Positions 34,932 to 44,897 of a stretch of DNA of 64,000 nt are shown here, one piece after another (the stretch's first letter is position 1; every line of letters begins with the position of its first letter). Source of the stretch: a virus (lineage: Duplodnaviria; Caudoviricetes); IMG/VR virus record IMGVR_UViG_3300036783_000080, positions 86,651-150,650 of that record; one strand, written 5' to 3'. The position numbers were made by a program, and so were the translations under genes. The notes below the pieces were generated by a model. That model saw nothing but the letters and a program-made list of their open reading frames with translations, was not told the origin of the DNA and searched no databases.

Positions 34932-34960
34932 ATTATACTTTAATTCAAAAACGTTTACAA
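34932..34960 (-). promoter_or_regulatory. sigmaA-type early promoter
   Basis: TTGTAA-N17-TATAAT. Confidence 0.7.
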
Positions 34961-35025
34961 GCTTTATTTTTGAAAGGTTTTCAGTTGGCTGTTGGGACTT
35001 ATGTAACTCATCCTCTACAATTCAT

Positions 35026-35054
35026 ATCATACTACCAGTACGAAAATGAGTCAA
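35026..35054 (-). promoter_or_regulatory. sigmaA-type early promoter (tandem)
   Basis: TTGACT-N17-TATGAT. Confidence 0.7.
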
Positions 35055-35124
35055 GCCTATTTTTGAAACTTTTTCCAATAATCAAAAAGAAAAGAGACCA
35101 TTTCTGGTCTCTGTGTTGTTACTA

Positions 35125-36108
35125 TCATACTTCTGGAACATCATCAAAATTAAAATCTTTATCAGTTATTTCCGTTACGTTAGTAGTTTTCACATAACTA
35201 TCTCCCTTTACAGAGAAGAAATCATGATTTGTACTACTTATATCAAGTCCAGCTAGGACAATTGGATTCACATCTTCTTCTCCAAACGCTGGGTCTTTTC
35301 CTAGATTCATAAGAGCTTTATTCCCGTTGTAGCGTGTAAATTTCTTTACATCTTCAACTAAACCAATCTCAGAATAAATCTCTTCTATATATTTGACTTC
35401 AATTTCATATAGCTCGTCAAATAAAGTCGCCGCTTCTCTATCCGCTCGAATCATTTCGTCAGTAGAGAATGTATCATAGATGTTTTGAGCTAACAGTCCA
35501 ACGAACACTCCATGAATACTTTCATCACGGATAATCAAACGGATAATTTCACCGCTTGCTTTTAGTTTACCTTGTCCTGATAAGAATAATGGATAATAGA
35601 ATCCAGAATAGAATAAGAAGGATTCAAGATAAACACTGGCAGTCATAGCCATATAAAGTTCATACGGGCTTACATCAGGTTTCAATAACTTTCTATAATA
35701 AGAAGTAACCAAATTGGCTTTCTTCGTTAATAGAGGATGTTTATCAACCCATTCGAAAATTTCTTCAATCTCTTTTTCTGAAGCTAACGTTGTGAAGATA
35801 TGTGAATAACTCTTCGCATGAACTTCTTCCATAGCTCCCATAAACATCAGAACAGATTTTGCTTGAAGAGCAGCTAAATGAACTGCTATCAGTGGCATAC
35901 CTTCGCCACCTTGTTTTGTATCAAGTAATGTTAAGCCGCCTAATACTTTCTTATATGTTTCTTGTTCAGCAGGAGATAACTCATTCCAAGTGTTTTTATC
36001 TGCTGATACAGCAATTTCTTCTTCCGTCCAGAATTGTTCAATGTTTTGTTTCCAGAACATTAAACTGAATTCATCTTCCTTTGTGTTCCAGTTAACAGCT
36101 TTTGCCAT
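35125..36108 (-). CDS. nrdF: class Ib ribonucleotide reductase beta subunit
   Basis: GLTLLDTKQ, MEEVHAKSYS, LESFLFYSGF, RDESIHG, HDFFS. Confidence 0.95.
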   Translation of the reverse strand: MAKAVNWNTKEDEFSLMFWKQNIEQFWTEEEIAVSADKNTWNELSPAEQETYKKVLGGLTLLDTKQGGEGMPLIAVHLAALQAKSVLMFMGAMEEVHAKSYSHIFTTLASEKEIEEIFEWVDKHPLLTKKANLVTSYYRKLLKPDVSPYELYMAMTASVYLESFLFYSGFYYPLFLSGQGKLKASGEIIRLIIRDESIHGVFVGLLAQNIYDTFSTDEMIRADREAATLFDELYEIEVKYIEEIYSEIGLVEDVKKFTRYNGNKALMNLGKDPAFGEEDVNPIVLAGLDISSTNHDFFSVKGDSYVKTTNVTEITDKDFNFDDVPEV

Positions 36109-36125
36109 CTTTTATCCCTCCCAGA

Positions 36126-38210
36126 TTATACCGCACAAGAAATACATTCTTCAACGCTCAGTTTGTTTGTACGTGTGTAATAAAGGCTCTTAAGACCTTT
36201 ATCATGTGCATAGATGTAATAACGAGCTAAATCACTAGTTGATACGTCAGAGTTAACGAATAGTGTACAACTAATACCTTGGTCAATATGCTGCTGAATC
36301 GTAGCTACTAACTGGATAAGCTTAAATTTGTCAATGTTATAAGCTGTTTTGTAGTACCAGTAAGTGTCTTTCGATAAGTACGGCATAGGGAAATATGCTT
36401 CACTGTTTGCGTAGCTTCTACGCTCAACTAGTTGTGTGATAGGCATTACAGAAGCTGTCGCATTTTGTACATATGAAATTGAACCTGTAGGTGCGATTGC
36501 TAAACGATATGCGTTATATAATCCGTGTTTCTGAACCAATGACATAAGATTCTTCCAATCTTCTTCCGTTGGAATGTCAATTCCTTCAAACAAAGATTTA
36601 ACCTTGTCTGTTTTTGGTTTGAAATCTTGAGTGATATACTTTTCAAAGTACGTTCCATCAGCATAGTCACTCTGTTCAAATCCTTTGAACGCTCCTTTTT
36701 CCTTCGCTAGTAAGTTACTGTAAGCAATAGAATAGAAGTTAATCATCATAAAGAATGTATTAACAAAGTCCTTCGCTTCTTTAGATTCATAAGAAATGTA
36801 GTTCTTCGCTAAATATCCGTGTAAGTTTAATGCTCCCAATCCTACTGAATGTAACTCGTCATTCGCTTTCTTAACGCCAGGAGCATTCGCAACGCTTGTT
36901 AAGTCAGATACAGCAGTAACAGCTTCCATACCAGCATAAACTGCTTCTTTAATACGTCTGCTTTCCATAACGTTAACAATGTTTAATGAACCAAGATTAC
37001 AACTGATATCACGTTTGATAATATCTTCTGTACCATAGTCATTAATGATTGAAGCTTCCTGTAATTGGAAGATTTCAGTACATAAGTTTGACATTTTAAC
37101 TTGTCCAAGATTCTTTAACGGATGTTGTTTGTTTGCATTCGATTTAAACATGAAATAAGGGTAGCCAGAACTTAACTGAAGGAATGCAATTTTATTTAAC
37201 ATCTCACGAGCGTCAAGAGGTCGTTTCTGAACATCTGGGTCAGCGACAAGCTCATCATACTTCACGTCAATGTCCATATCATCTAAATGTACTCCATACT
37301 TTTTGAATACAGAACGCGGTTTGAACACATAATATGGTTTGTTGTCTTTAGCTAGTTCAAAGAACTTACTTGGAGCAATTACACCAATAGATAACGATTG
37401 AATACGAGTCTTTTCATCTGCGTTAATTTTCTTTGTTTCAAGGAACTCAACAATGTCCCAATGGAATAGATTCAGATACGCCGCACCAGCACCTTTACGT
37501 TGTCCAAGTTGGTTTACATAGCTGAAACAATCTTCAAGAAGTTTCATAACAGGTAACACACCACTTGCAGCATTCTCAATACCTTTGATTGGTTCTCTTC
37601 GTGCACGTAGTTTGGAAAGGTTTAATGCTACACCGCCGCCGATTTTAGATAGTTGTCCAGCAGTTGACCAGTTGTAGTTGATACTGTTCAAACTATCTTC
37701 CATTTCAAGAAGGAAACAAGATACCATCTCACCACGTCTGCTTCTTCCCGCATTTAGGAATGTGGGTGTCGCAGGCTGATAGTTCTGAATCATCATCTCT
37801 GTAACTATCTCTTTCGCTTTTTCAATATTGCCTCTCCCAAGATATAAGGCTGTTGCAGTTGCTCTGTCTTCGTAATGTTCAAGATATTGTCTCTTGTCGT
37901 TTGTTTTCATCGCATAATCTGTAAAGAACTTTGAAATGGCCATAAAGCTTTGGAACTCAAAATTGAAGCTCTTCGCATACTCAAATAGCTCCAACACTGC
38001 TTCCTTTCCATACTGTTCGAAAAAGTCAACATAGTAATCGTTTTCAATCAACCAAGTCAGCTTTTGTTCTAGCGTGTCGAATTCTTTTGTCTCCTGTGCG
38101 ATTTTCTCCTTGAAGTCTTCTACTGCCTTTTTGTCATAATCCAACGCAGTGAAGTCCAGAGTGTCTTTAAACTCATTGAACATTTTCGTGTTATTTTCTA
38201 GATATCTCAT
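36126..38210 (-). CDS. nrdE: class Ib ribonucleotide reductase alpha subunit
   Basis: PATPTFLN, VSCFLL, MSNLCTEI, APTGSISY, LYYTR, C-terminal CISC. Confidence 0.95.
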   Translation of the reverse strand: MRYLENNTKMFNEFKDTLDFTALDYDKKAVEDFKEKIAQETKEFDTLEQKLTWLIENDYYVDFFEQYGKEAVLELFEYAKSFNFEFQSFMAISKFFTDYAMKTNDKRQYLEHYEDRATATALYLGRGNIEKAKEIVTEMMIQNYQPATPTFLNAGRSRRGEMVSCFLLEMEDSLNSINYNWSTAGQLSKIGGGVALNLSKLRARREPIKGIENAASGVLPVMKLLEDCFSYVNQLGQRKGAGAAYLNLFHWDIVEFLETKKINADEKTRIQSLSIGVIAPSKFFELAKDNKPYYVFKPRSVFKKYGVHLDDMDIDVKYDELVADPDVQKRPLDAREMLNKIAFLQLSSGYPYFMFKSNANKQHPLKNLGQVKMSNLCTEIFQLQEASIINDYGTEDIIKRDISCNLGSLNIVNVMESRRIKEAVYAGMEAVTAVSDLTSVANAPGVKKANDELHSVGLGALNLHGYLAKNYISYESKEAKDFVNTFFMMINFYSIAYSNLLAKEKGAFKGFEQSDYADGTYFEKYITQDFKPKTDKVKSLFEGIDIPTEEDWKNLMSLVQKHGLYNAYRLAIAPTGSISYVQNATASVMPITQLVERRSYANSEAYFPMPYLSKDTYWYYKTAYNIDKFKLIQLVATIQQHIDQGISCTLFVNSDVSTSDLARYYIYAHDKGLKSLYYTRTNKLSVEECISCAV

Positions 38211-38608
38211 AACAACTCAACCCTTTCCATAAAAGTCTGTCTGTCTTTTGTTGTCCCAGAAAGCTCAAATTTATGAATCATTGGAACACGATGCTCTTTA
38301 GTGGAGCAAATATCAGAAATCGTGTCAGCGGCTCTTCCAAATAGTCTTCCCCAGTTACGATTCCCAGATGAAGCTACACCCAAAAGCAACTCACGATGTT
38401 CATTCTTTGATAAAAAATTAGATACTTCTTCTGGAACTTGTCCCATTTTGGTTGTGTAAGTTACAAGAATATACGGTTTATCAATGTATTCAATCGTAGT
38501 CAAATCAACAGCTTCCAACTGTTTATCTGGATACTCTCTAAGCAACTTGTTCATAAACCGTTTTACATTTCCTGTCTTACTACTAAACAAAATTAGCACA
38601 ACCATCAT
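38207..38608 (-). CDS. nrdI: NrdI flavodoxin
   Basis: SKTGNVKRF, GVASSGNRNWG, KFELSGT. Confidence 0.95.
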   Translation of the reverse strand: MMVVLILFSSKTGNVKRFMNKLLREYPDKQLEAVDLTTIEYIDKPYILVTYTTKMGQVPEEVSNFLSKNEHRELLLGVASSGNRNWGRLFGRAADTISDICSTKEHRVPMIHKFELSGTTKDRQTFMERVELL

Positions 38609-38678
38609 TCCCTTTCCATCAGAGTTTCCGTAATACATAATATACTTTTTCCGAATGATTCTTTATATCTCCGTATTC

Positions 38679-38711
38679 AATAATAAGGTGTGCAGGAAAC
38701 AGTATCATCCC
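38679..38711 (-). promoter_or_regulatory. possible middle-type promoter overlapping a hairpin
   Basis: GGGATG-N18-CTTATTATT. Confidence 0.45.
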
Positions 38712-38728
38712 ACACACCTTATCACCTT

Positions 38729-39268
38729 TTAAGCAATATTGTCAAGAATCGTTTGTTTCGGAACATTTAATAATTCATCAAAGAATCCCACAACAACACG
38801 GTGTAAAACATTGTCGATTGTGAAAGATGTTATGAAATAATTTTTCTCCAGAGTTGGAAACTTCTTCCATAAAGAATATTCCATCATGTAAAACTCTGGT
38901 GAACGATTTTTGGAGAATATGAGTAATGGATGTTTTGTAACATCATTCAAACGTTCTCTATCAGTAACTGCTTGCAGCCACCAACTTGTAACTTCTCCTG
39001 TCCCTTTAATTAACTGCTCAAAGTTCCATCCCTCTCGTTTCTTACATTCGATTGTGAATGGAAAGTCAGAGCCTTCAGGAGCTACGATATCACCAACCAC
39101 TCGGTTATCTTCACCCCATCGTAAGCCACCAGAAGCTGGCACCCTGTGAAACTCTTCACCCCACCAAGCAGTTAGCTCCTTTGCGACTTTACGTTCAAAG
39201 GATGAGCCTTTTGCTCGACTATTCTTGCGTTTCTTTGGCTTCTCCTGATTCTGTTCCTTCTTCGTCAT
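38729..39268 (-). CDS. Holliday junction resolvase (PD-(D/E)XK)
   Basis: SRAKGSSFER, VPASGG, GDIV, IECK. Confidence 0.85.
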   Translation of the reverse strand: MTKKEQNQEKPKKRKNSRAKGSSFERKVAKELTAWWGEEFHRVPASGGLRWGEDNRVVGDIVAPEGSDFPFTIECKKREGWNFEQLIKGTGEVTSWWLQAVTDRERLNDVTKHPLLIFSKNRSPEFYMMEYSLWKKFPTLEKNYFITSFTIDNVLHRVVVGFFDELLNVPKQTILDNIA

Positions 39269-39680
39269 TTGAATCACCCTTTGCTTGAGCTTGTCTTGAA
39301 GCGATTTCAGCAAACTTCTGCTGATACTCTTCTTCAGTGAAAATTCCTTTGTCTACTAAAATTTCCACTAAAGCCATGTTTGCTATTATATTCGTGCTAA
39401 CTGGCTCACGTAAGGCTTCAAATACTTGTTCAGAAGATTGGCGTGATAATGTTTCCACTAAGCCTTTTGCTTCTTTACGAGTTACCATACCATTCCAGAA
39501 CTTCTCTTCTTTCGCACGTTGCTTCTCAGCTTGTTTCTGTTTCAACTTCTCCTCTTTACGAGTTTTCTTTTCATCTACAACTTCCGCTTCAAGCGTTGGT
39601 GGATGCTCAGCTAAATTCTCCACATGTTTCTGCATGTCTGACACCATTTCTTCTGTTAATTGTCCATTATTTGTTTTCAT
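39219..39680 (-). CDS. hypothetical protein
   Basis: ORF track; RBS GGAGG. Confidence 0.7.
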   Translation of the reverse strand: MKTNNGQLTEEMVSDMQKHVENLAEHPPTLEAEVVDEKKTRKEEKLKQKQAEKQRAKEEKFWNGMVTRKEAKGLVETLSRQSSEQVFEALREPVSTNIIANMALVEILVDKGIFTEEEYQQKFAEIASRQAQAKGDSNDEEGTESGEAKETQE

Positions 39681-39966
39681 TGATTGTTCCTCCAATTAAT
39701 GTGAATTCTCTTCCTAAATCTTCATTGTTATGTCCGTAACTTACACCCAAGATTCTAATTCCAGGAGAATGTTTATGAACACAATCTTCACTGCGGTATG
39801 TGCGTTTGTAATACAGAAGTTTACCTTCCATATTTTCGATTGGATTGATAATAAGCTCTGGTTTGTTCCAACCTTCCATTTCAATAGCAACGCATACAAA
39901 TGTCGCTCCTGCTTCTCTAGCACGATTGAATGTATCTTCTACAACTTGCATATTAAATTCTCCCAT
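39667..39966 (-). CDS. hypothetical protein (99 aa)
   Basis: ORF track; PELIINP motif. Confidence 0.7.
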   Translation of the reverse strand: MGEFNMQVVEDTFNRAREAGATFVCVAIEMEGWNKPELIINPIENMEGKLLYYKRTYRSEDCVHKHSPGIRILGVSYGHNNEDLGREFTLIGGTINENK

Positions 39967-40556
39967 TATTCAATTCCTCCTCCAGTTGAGTTGAATCCGT
40001 CAAACATACGGTCTGTCTTTCCAGCAGCTTCCATAAATTCATCAAGAGACTGATGTTTCTTTGTGCTAACTTTCGTGTAACGTTTAATGATAAGTTGAGC
40101 AATTTGCTGTCCGTTTTTAATAACAACAGGCTCTGTATTCAAGTTAATCAACGCAAGACGAATGTTTCCACGGAATGGACTGTCAATTGTTCGGCATAAT
40201 AAGTCCAGTTTTGCTTTAGAAGTGCCGCTGCGTGTATCAACCATAGCATAGTGTCCGTTAGGAATTGCGATGTGAAGTCCAGTTTTAACTGTTAACGCTT
40301 CACCTGGTTGTAATGTATATGAACCATCTTCAGACCATTCTCCATCATTTAAACGAGCATCAAAGATTGGTACATTCAGTCCAGCATCTCCATCCTTACT
40401 ATATTCAAGAGCAAAGTCCTCAAGCTCACAGAAGTAAGGCATATTTGGGTTTCCAGTAATTTGCTGTTGTAAGTGAGTAATTTCTGTTTGTAAATCTCCT
40501 ACCGTTTTTTGAACATAGTCTTTAATTTCTGGTGTTAACATATTATCTCTCCTCAA
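39966..40556 (-). CDS. dut: trimeric dUTPase (divergent motifs)
   Basis: DAGLN, TRSG, TIDSPFRG, IAQL, DRMFDGFNSTG. Confidence 0.85.
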   Translation of the reverse strand: MRRDNMLTPEIKDYVQKTVGDLQTEITHLQQQITGNPNMPYFCELEDFALEYSKDGDAGLNVPIFDARLNDGEWSEDGSYTLQPGEALTVKTGLHIAIPNGHYAMVDTRSGTSKAKLDLLCRTIDSPFRGNIRLALINLNTEPVVIKNGQQIAQLIIKRYTKVSTKKHQSLDEFMEAAGKTDRMFDGFNSTGGGIE

Positions 40557-41542
40557 TCAAATAGTTTATATTTTAATGCAGTGAATTTATCAAATTTCTC
40601 TGCATCTCTTAACGCTTGTGCACATCCCTTTCTTCCGACTTCGTTTGGGTCGCCGCCTTTTAAGTTACAAAGGTAAGTAGGAATGTGTTTACTCAGTAAC
40701 AGTCCCATCTTTATTGCGTCTTCCAAAGCATCTGGGTCAAGCATTATATAAGCCGCTTCCAAATCTGCTTTGATAAGTTGCATAAGTTGTTTCACTGCTA
40801 ATGTCTTTCCAAACAAGCCAACTCCAAAGTCTCCCACAGTCGATGCATCAAAGATACCTTCTGTTAGGACAACAACTCCGTGTTTCTTTGCGTTATTTAA
40901 ATTGAATATAACGTCTGACTTGTTAATAGTGTTTACGCCGCTTGGAGGGTTGATTGACTTTGGTTTGAGCTTCTTGCTTATCGCTCTAGCATTCCAGTAA
41001 ACTGGGTTGTTAGTGTCATCAAACGCTTGCATTATGAGTCGATTTCGCAAGAATGTAGTTTTATCTTCAGAAAGTTTTATTTCACCTTCTGGACAAAATC
41101 CTACACCGTGAAGCTCAATCTGTTTATCTGTCAATCTTCGCTTCCTAGCGTATTTATAAAATTTATCAGCCATTACTGACTGGGTGTTATGAAGTAGTTT
41201 AAAATCTTTAGGTAAAGGAATTGGACGTTTTTCAACTTCGTAGTCCTCCAGATAAATCTGGTCGAACACTTCATCATACACGTTTTCTGGTAATGGTCTG
41301 AAGTCCTGATAGAAGTTAACAACATCAAGAGCTTCATTCCACGTTATCTTTTGAAAGTCTCTCACAAAAGTTATCGCATTCCCACCCCAACTACAGTTGA
41401 AACAATGTCCCTTTAAGGAATATTTATTCATTCTGAAACGTGTTCGTGAGTCACTACAAAACGGACAATTCCAGTTTGCTTCAGTGTAAGATGTGTTCCA
41501 CTTCGCTTCTCCAAGTACACTTTCAAGATAATCTATGAACAT
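40553..41542 (-). CDS. DNA primase
   Basis: CPFC...HCFNC zinc finger; LTEGIFDA, LDPDA TOPRIM. Confidence 0.9.
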   Translation of the reverse strand: MFIDYLESVLGEAKWNTSYTEANWNCPFCSDSRTRFRMNKYSLKGHCFNCSWGGNAITFVRDFQKITWNEALDVVNFYQDFRPLPENVYDEVFDQIYLEDYEVEKRPIPLPKDFKLLHNTQSVMADKFYKYARKRRLTDKQIELHGVGFCPEGEIKLSEDKTTFLRNRLIMQAFDDTNNPVYWNARAISKKLKPKSINPPSGVNTINKSDVIFNLNNAKKHGVVVLTEGIFDASTVGDFGVGLFGKTLAVKQLMQLIKADLEAAYIMLDPDALEDAIKMGLLLSKHIPTYLCNLKGGDPNEVGRKGCAQALRDAEKFDKFTALKYKLFD

Positions 41543-41543
41543 C

Positions 41544-41822
41544 TTATTTCCTCATAGCTCGAATATATAATAATGTCCTACCAAGAGTTTGACCACATTC
41601 AGTCAAGGTTTGTTGGTGTGGACAAGCATCGCAAATTGGGTTTTGTCTATCTTTACCTAAAGATAAGTATTCACCACGTTTAACCGCTTCTTTCAACAGT
41701 GTACATGGGTCGCAGTGGTCTCTGAACGTTTCTGTGATAACGCCCAGAGTCTTCTGCCTTTCTTGCATAATATCTTCATATTGTTGTCGTTCTTCAGGCG
41801 ACATTGCTTCTGGATTTATCAT
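41544..41822 (-). CDS. small Cys-containing hypothetical protein
   Basis: CDPC, CDAC. Confidence 0.65.
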   Translation of the reverse strand: MINPEAMSPEERQQYEDIMQERQKTLGVITETFRDHCDPCTLLKEAVKRGEYLSLGKDRQNPICDACPHQQTLTECGQTLGRTLLYIRAMRK

Positions 41823-41823
41823 T

Positions 41824-43830
41824 TTATCCCTCCTTCGTCACGGTTGTTCGTCCTCCTTCTTTACGCACAATCAACTCTTTGTCAAAGAATGCTTTCAGGA
41901 TTTCGTTGTGAGTTATTACATAAATTGTTTCAACTCTCTTCTCAATCTCTTTCAGAAGGGTAATAACATTCTCACAACCGATAGCGTCAAGTCCATCAAA
42001 TATTTCATCATATAATAGAATGTTGAATTTAGAATTTGAACGGGACATAACAAGGTCTTGAAGAGCTAAAGAGATTGCCAAGTCAATTCGTCCACGCTCC
42101 CCTGTGGAATTTGCTTCATAAGTATTTCCTCCAACAGAGTTACGTATTTCAATGTCAAATTTCTCACGTTTCTCGCCACTAGCTAATGTTGTTTGGGTTG
42201 AAAGAATAACTTCAATCGTGTTACCTGCTAACTTTCCTAAATAATAGTTGGTACGTTCATTCAAGAAAGGTGTTACAGCATCTAACAGATGAGACTTAAT
42301 ACCTCCATTACCGTAAGCAACAACAGCAAACTTAAGTTTATCAACACGCTCTCTTAATTTCGAGATTTCATTTTGACTTGAATCCATCCCTGATATTAGT
42401 TCTGCTTTTTGAGCTTCTTTCTGCTCAATTAATTGTTGATACTTCTGTGCTCCTTGTTCCTCTTTACGGGTAATGTCTTTCTTAATTCTCTTAATCTCTC
42501 TTTGTTCTCCCAAGTCTTCAATAGCTTTTTCTAAGCGGTCAACGTTTCTCTTGGCTTTCTCTTCCGCTTTTTCTTCTGTCTTAATAAACGACTTGAGTTG
42601 AAAAATTTCTCCCATAACAGTTTCTTTTTGTTCTTCTAATGGCTCTTTCTTCTTTAAAGCCTTCTGAAGAGTCTTCACTTCGCCTTGTAATTCTTCAGCT
42701 TCTTCGTTGATTTTGTCAAAGCGTTCATCCTCTTCTTTAATCTTCATAGCCACATGAAGCATTGACTCTTTTATGGATGATTTCTTAATCTCCTGTTTAC
42801 ATACAGGACAATTCGTTCCAACGCCGCTACGAATATCTTCAAGTTCTTCCTTCAACTTTTCAATACTCTTCGCAATCGACTTGCATTCACGTTCTTTCAT
42901 TTTGATGTCAGCTTTACGTTCACTGATTGCATCCTCAATATCATCGAACTTATGTAAACTCTTGTTGATTTTATCCTTAAGTTTCTCAAACGCTTCAAGC
43001 TTATCTACATTATCAGTAGAATCAGAAGCGAACTTGACATATTCTTCTTTAGCTTCTTCATAGTCAGTCGCTAACTCAGCAAGCTCTTTCTTGTATCGTT
43101 TCTGAGCTTCTTTCAGTTCCTTCTTCAGCTCTGCAATTTCTTCCTTCGTTCGCACCTCTTCTTCTTTCTCTGCGTTCTTTAAAGAATCAATAGTATCTTC
43201 AATCTCAGACAATAGATTCTTTGAGGATTGAACTTTATTTTCTAAGGAGACTAATTGCTTGTCAGCCTTATCTCGTTTGCTCTTGGCGATTTCTAGACAT
43301 TTAGACCAAACATCCATTTGCATCATCTTTTCTAGAATGCCTTTCTTCTCAGAATCTGTAGCAAGAGCAAACTTTTTAATCAGTCCTTGTCCAAAGAATA
43401 TGGAGTTTGTGAAGGTGATGAAATCCATTCCAATAATCTCTTCAATAAGTTTGTTACAATCTTTGCTGCTCTTTGGTGTTATGTTCTTTCCTTCTTGGAA
43501 TATTCTTGTGTTATTCTTATGTTCTTTGTGTTTACGGTATCTTGCTATGCGGTATTCTTTTCCATCAGAACCATCAAAGTCAAGTATGACAGAAGTGTTG
43601 TTTCCAACTTCTTCATTGATGATGTCATTCGCAGAAAGTCCTTTAACTGTCTTCTCAAACAGAGAATATACAACCGCTTCAAACGTTGTTGACTTCCCTG
43701 CCCCATTTGAGTCAAAGGCTGGTGAGTCAAGATTCTGTCCTTTAACCAATACCAGTCCTTGTCCACTAAGCTCAATTGTTGCTTCTCTAATAGATAAAAA
43801 GTTTTTTACAGTTACGCTCTTAAGTTTCAA
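41824..43830 (-). CDS. SbcC/Rad50-like ATPase
   Basis: NGAGKST, coiled coil with CPVC hook, STGE, LYDE, ITH. Confidence 0.9.
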   Translation of the reverse strand: MKLKSVTVKNFLSIREATIELSGQGLVLVKGQNLDSPAFDSNGAGKSTTFEAVVYSLFEKTVKGLSANDIINEEVGNNTSVILDFDGSDGKEYRIARYRKHKEHKNNTRIFQEGKNITPKSSKDCNKLIEEIIGMDFITFTNSIFFGQGLIKKFALATDSEKKGILEKMMQMDVWSKCLEIAKSKRDKADKQLVSLENKVQSSKNLLSEIEDTIDSLKNAEKEEEVRTKEEIAELKKELKEAQKRYKKELAELATDYEEAKEEYVKFASDSTDNVDKLEAFEKLKDKINKSLHKFDDIEDAISERKADIKMKERECKSIAKSIEKLKEELEDIRSGVGTNCPVCKQEIKKSSIKESMLHVAMKIKEEDERFDKINEEAEELQGEVKTLQKALKKKEPLEEQKETVMGEIFQLKSFIKTEEKAEEKAKRNVDRLEKAIEDLGEQREIKRIKKDITRKEEQGAQKYQQLIEQKEAQKAELISGMDSSQNEISKLRERVDKLKFAVVAYGNGGIKSHLLDAVTPFLNERTNYYLGKLAGNTIEVILSTQTTLASGEKREKFDIEIRNSVGGNTYEANSTGERGRIDLAISLALQDLVMSRSNSKFNILLYDEIFDGLDAIGCENVITLLKEIEKRVETIYVITHNEILKAFFDKELIVRKEGGRTTVTKEG

Positions 43831-43848
43831 AACAACCGTTCCCCTCTC

Positions 43849-44883
43849 TTATAATGCTTCGTTTAAAATCTCCAACATAATATCTTCTGTATCAGGTCTG
43901 AACTCTTCACAATACTTCTTAACAACTTGAGCTTCCGACATAGAATGGTCTATATCAATACGTTGGTCATTTTCGTATTCACGTTGTGGCTCAATACGGT
44001 GTTCAATTTCTTCTGGAATCTCGTCAGCTAGTTTCCCAACATCCTTCGCTGGAATCTGGAATCTCACATAATGTCCTTTTAGATGTTCCATGTTCACTTC
44101 TGGGTCTGTAACTGTAATGAAGTTTGGAGATTTAAGGTTATGGAACGATAACTCACCAGTATCTGTATCAGCGATTACATAACCGTTGTCTTGACCTTCA
44201 TCATTGAAATTATGTTGTAATGGAGAGCCTGTATATGCGTAGTGGTCGCTTCCCCCAATACGTTGTCTCTTATGGAAGTGTCCAAAGATACCAAACTGGA
44301 ATACTTCAGGCATTAAATCTTCAAAAGAGAAGGCATCCTGCATCGGATAACTTGACTTTCCAACGGTAGCTCCTGAGATACCAAGATGTCCAAGCAAAAT
44401 CTTTCCTTCCCAATTCTTAATCTCTGTCGCATACTCTTGAATCTTTTCTTTCACCATAGCAGCGTTCTTTGAATATGGTAAAGGATAAATTGCGTGATGG
44501 TCATCAATATGGTACGGTGTAAATGTATCCAGTATAACAACATTCGGTATATCTCTGAACTCATGAAGGGAGTGTAAAGGAAAATCTGTGTTGTCAACTT
44601 GGTCGTGATTTCCTGGAATCATAATAACTGTAATTCCGTTATCACTAAATGATTTTATAACGTCATAAATGTGATTCTTTACAGTAGTGTCAACCGTTAC
44701 ACGTTTGTGGAACATGTCACCAGCAAAGAGGACATACTTGATACCCTCTTTAATACAAATATCTCTCATCTGAATAAGACAGTCAACGACTGCTGCAAAC
44801 CTTGTGTTCCCGTATACTGCGTGGTGTTTTGCAAACTCTTGGAACATATGTCCGTGAGTATCACCCCAAGCTAAAAATTTCAT
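43849..44883 (-). CDS. SbcD/Mre11-like nuclease
   Basis: DTH, AGDMFH, GNHD, GHFH. Confidence 0.9.
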   Translation of the reverse strand: MKFLAWGDTHGHMFQEFAKHHAVYGNTRFAAVVDCLIQMRDICIKEGIKYVLFAGDMFHKRVTVDTTVKNHIYDVIKSFSDNGITVIMIPGNHDQVDNTDFPLHSLHEFRDIPNVVILDTFTPYHIDDHHAIYPLPYSKNAAMVKEKIQEYATEIKNWEGKILLGHLGISGATVGKSSYPMQDAFSFEDLMPEVFQFGIFGHFHKRQRIGGSDHYAYTGSPLQHNFNDEGQDNGYVIADTDTGELSFHNLKSPNFITVTDPEVNMEHLKGHYVRFQIPAKDVGKLADEIPEEIEHRIEPQREYENDQRIDIDHSMSEAQVVKKYCEEFRPDTEDIMLEILNEAL

Positions 44884-44897
44884 AACTCTCTTTCCTC

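Noticed and set aside
35125-38210. Introns or inteins in nrdE/nrdF
   Set aside because: Both genes are uninterrupted and of normal length
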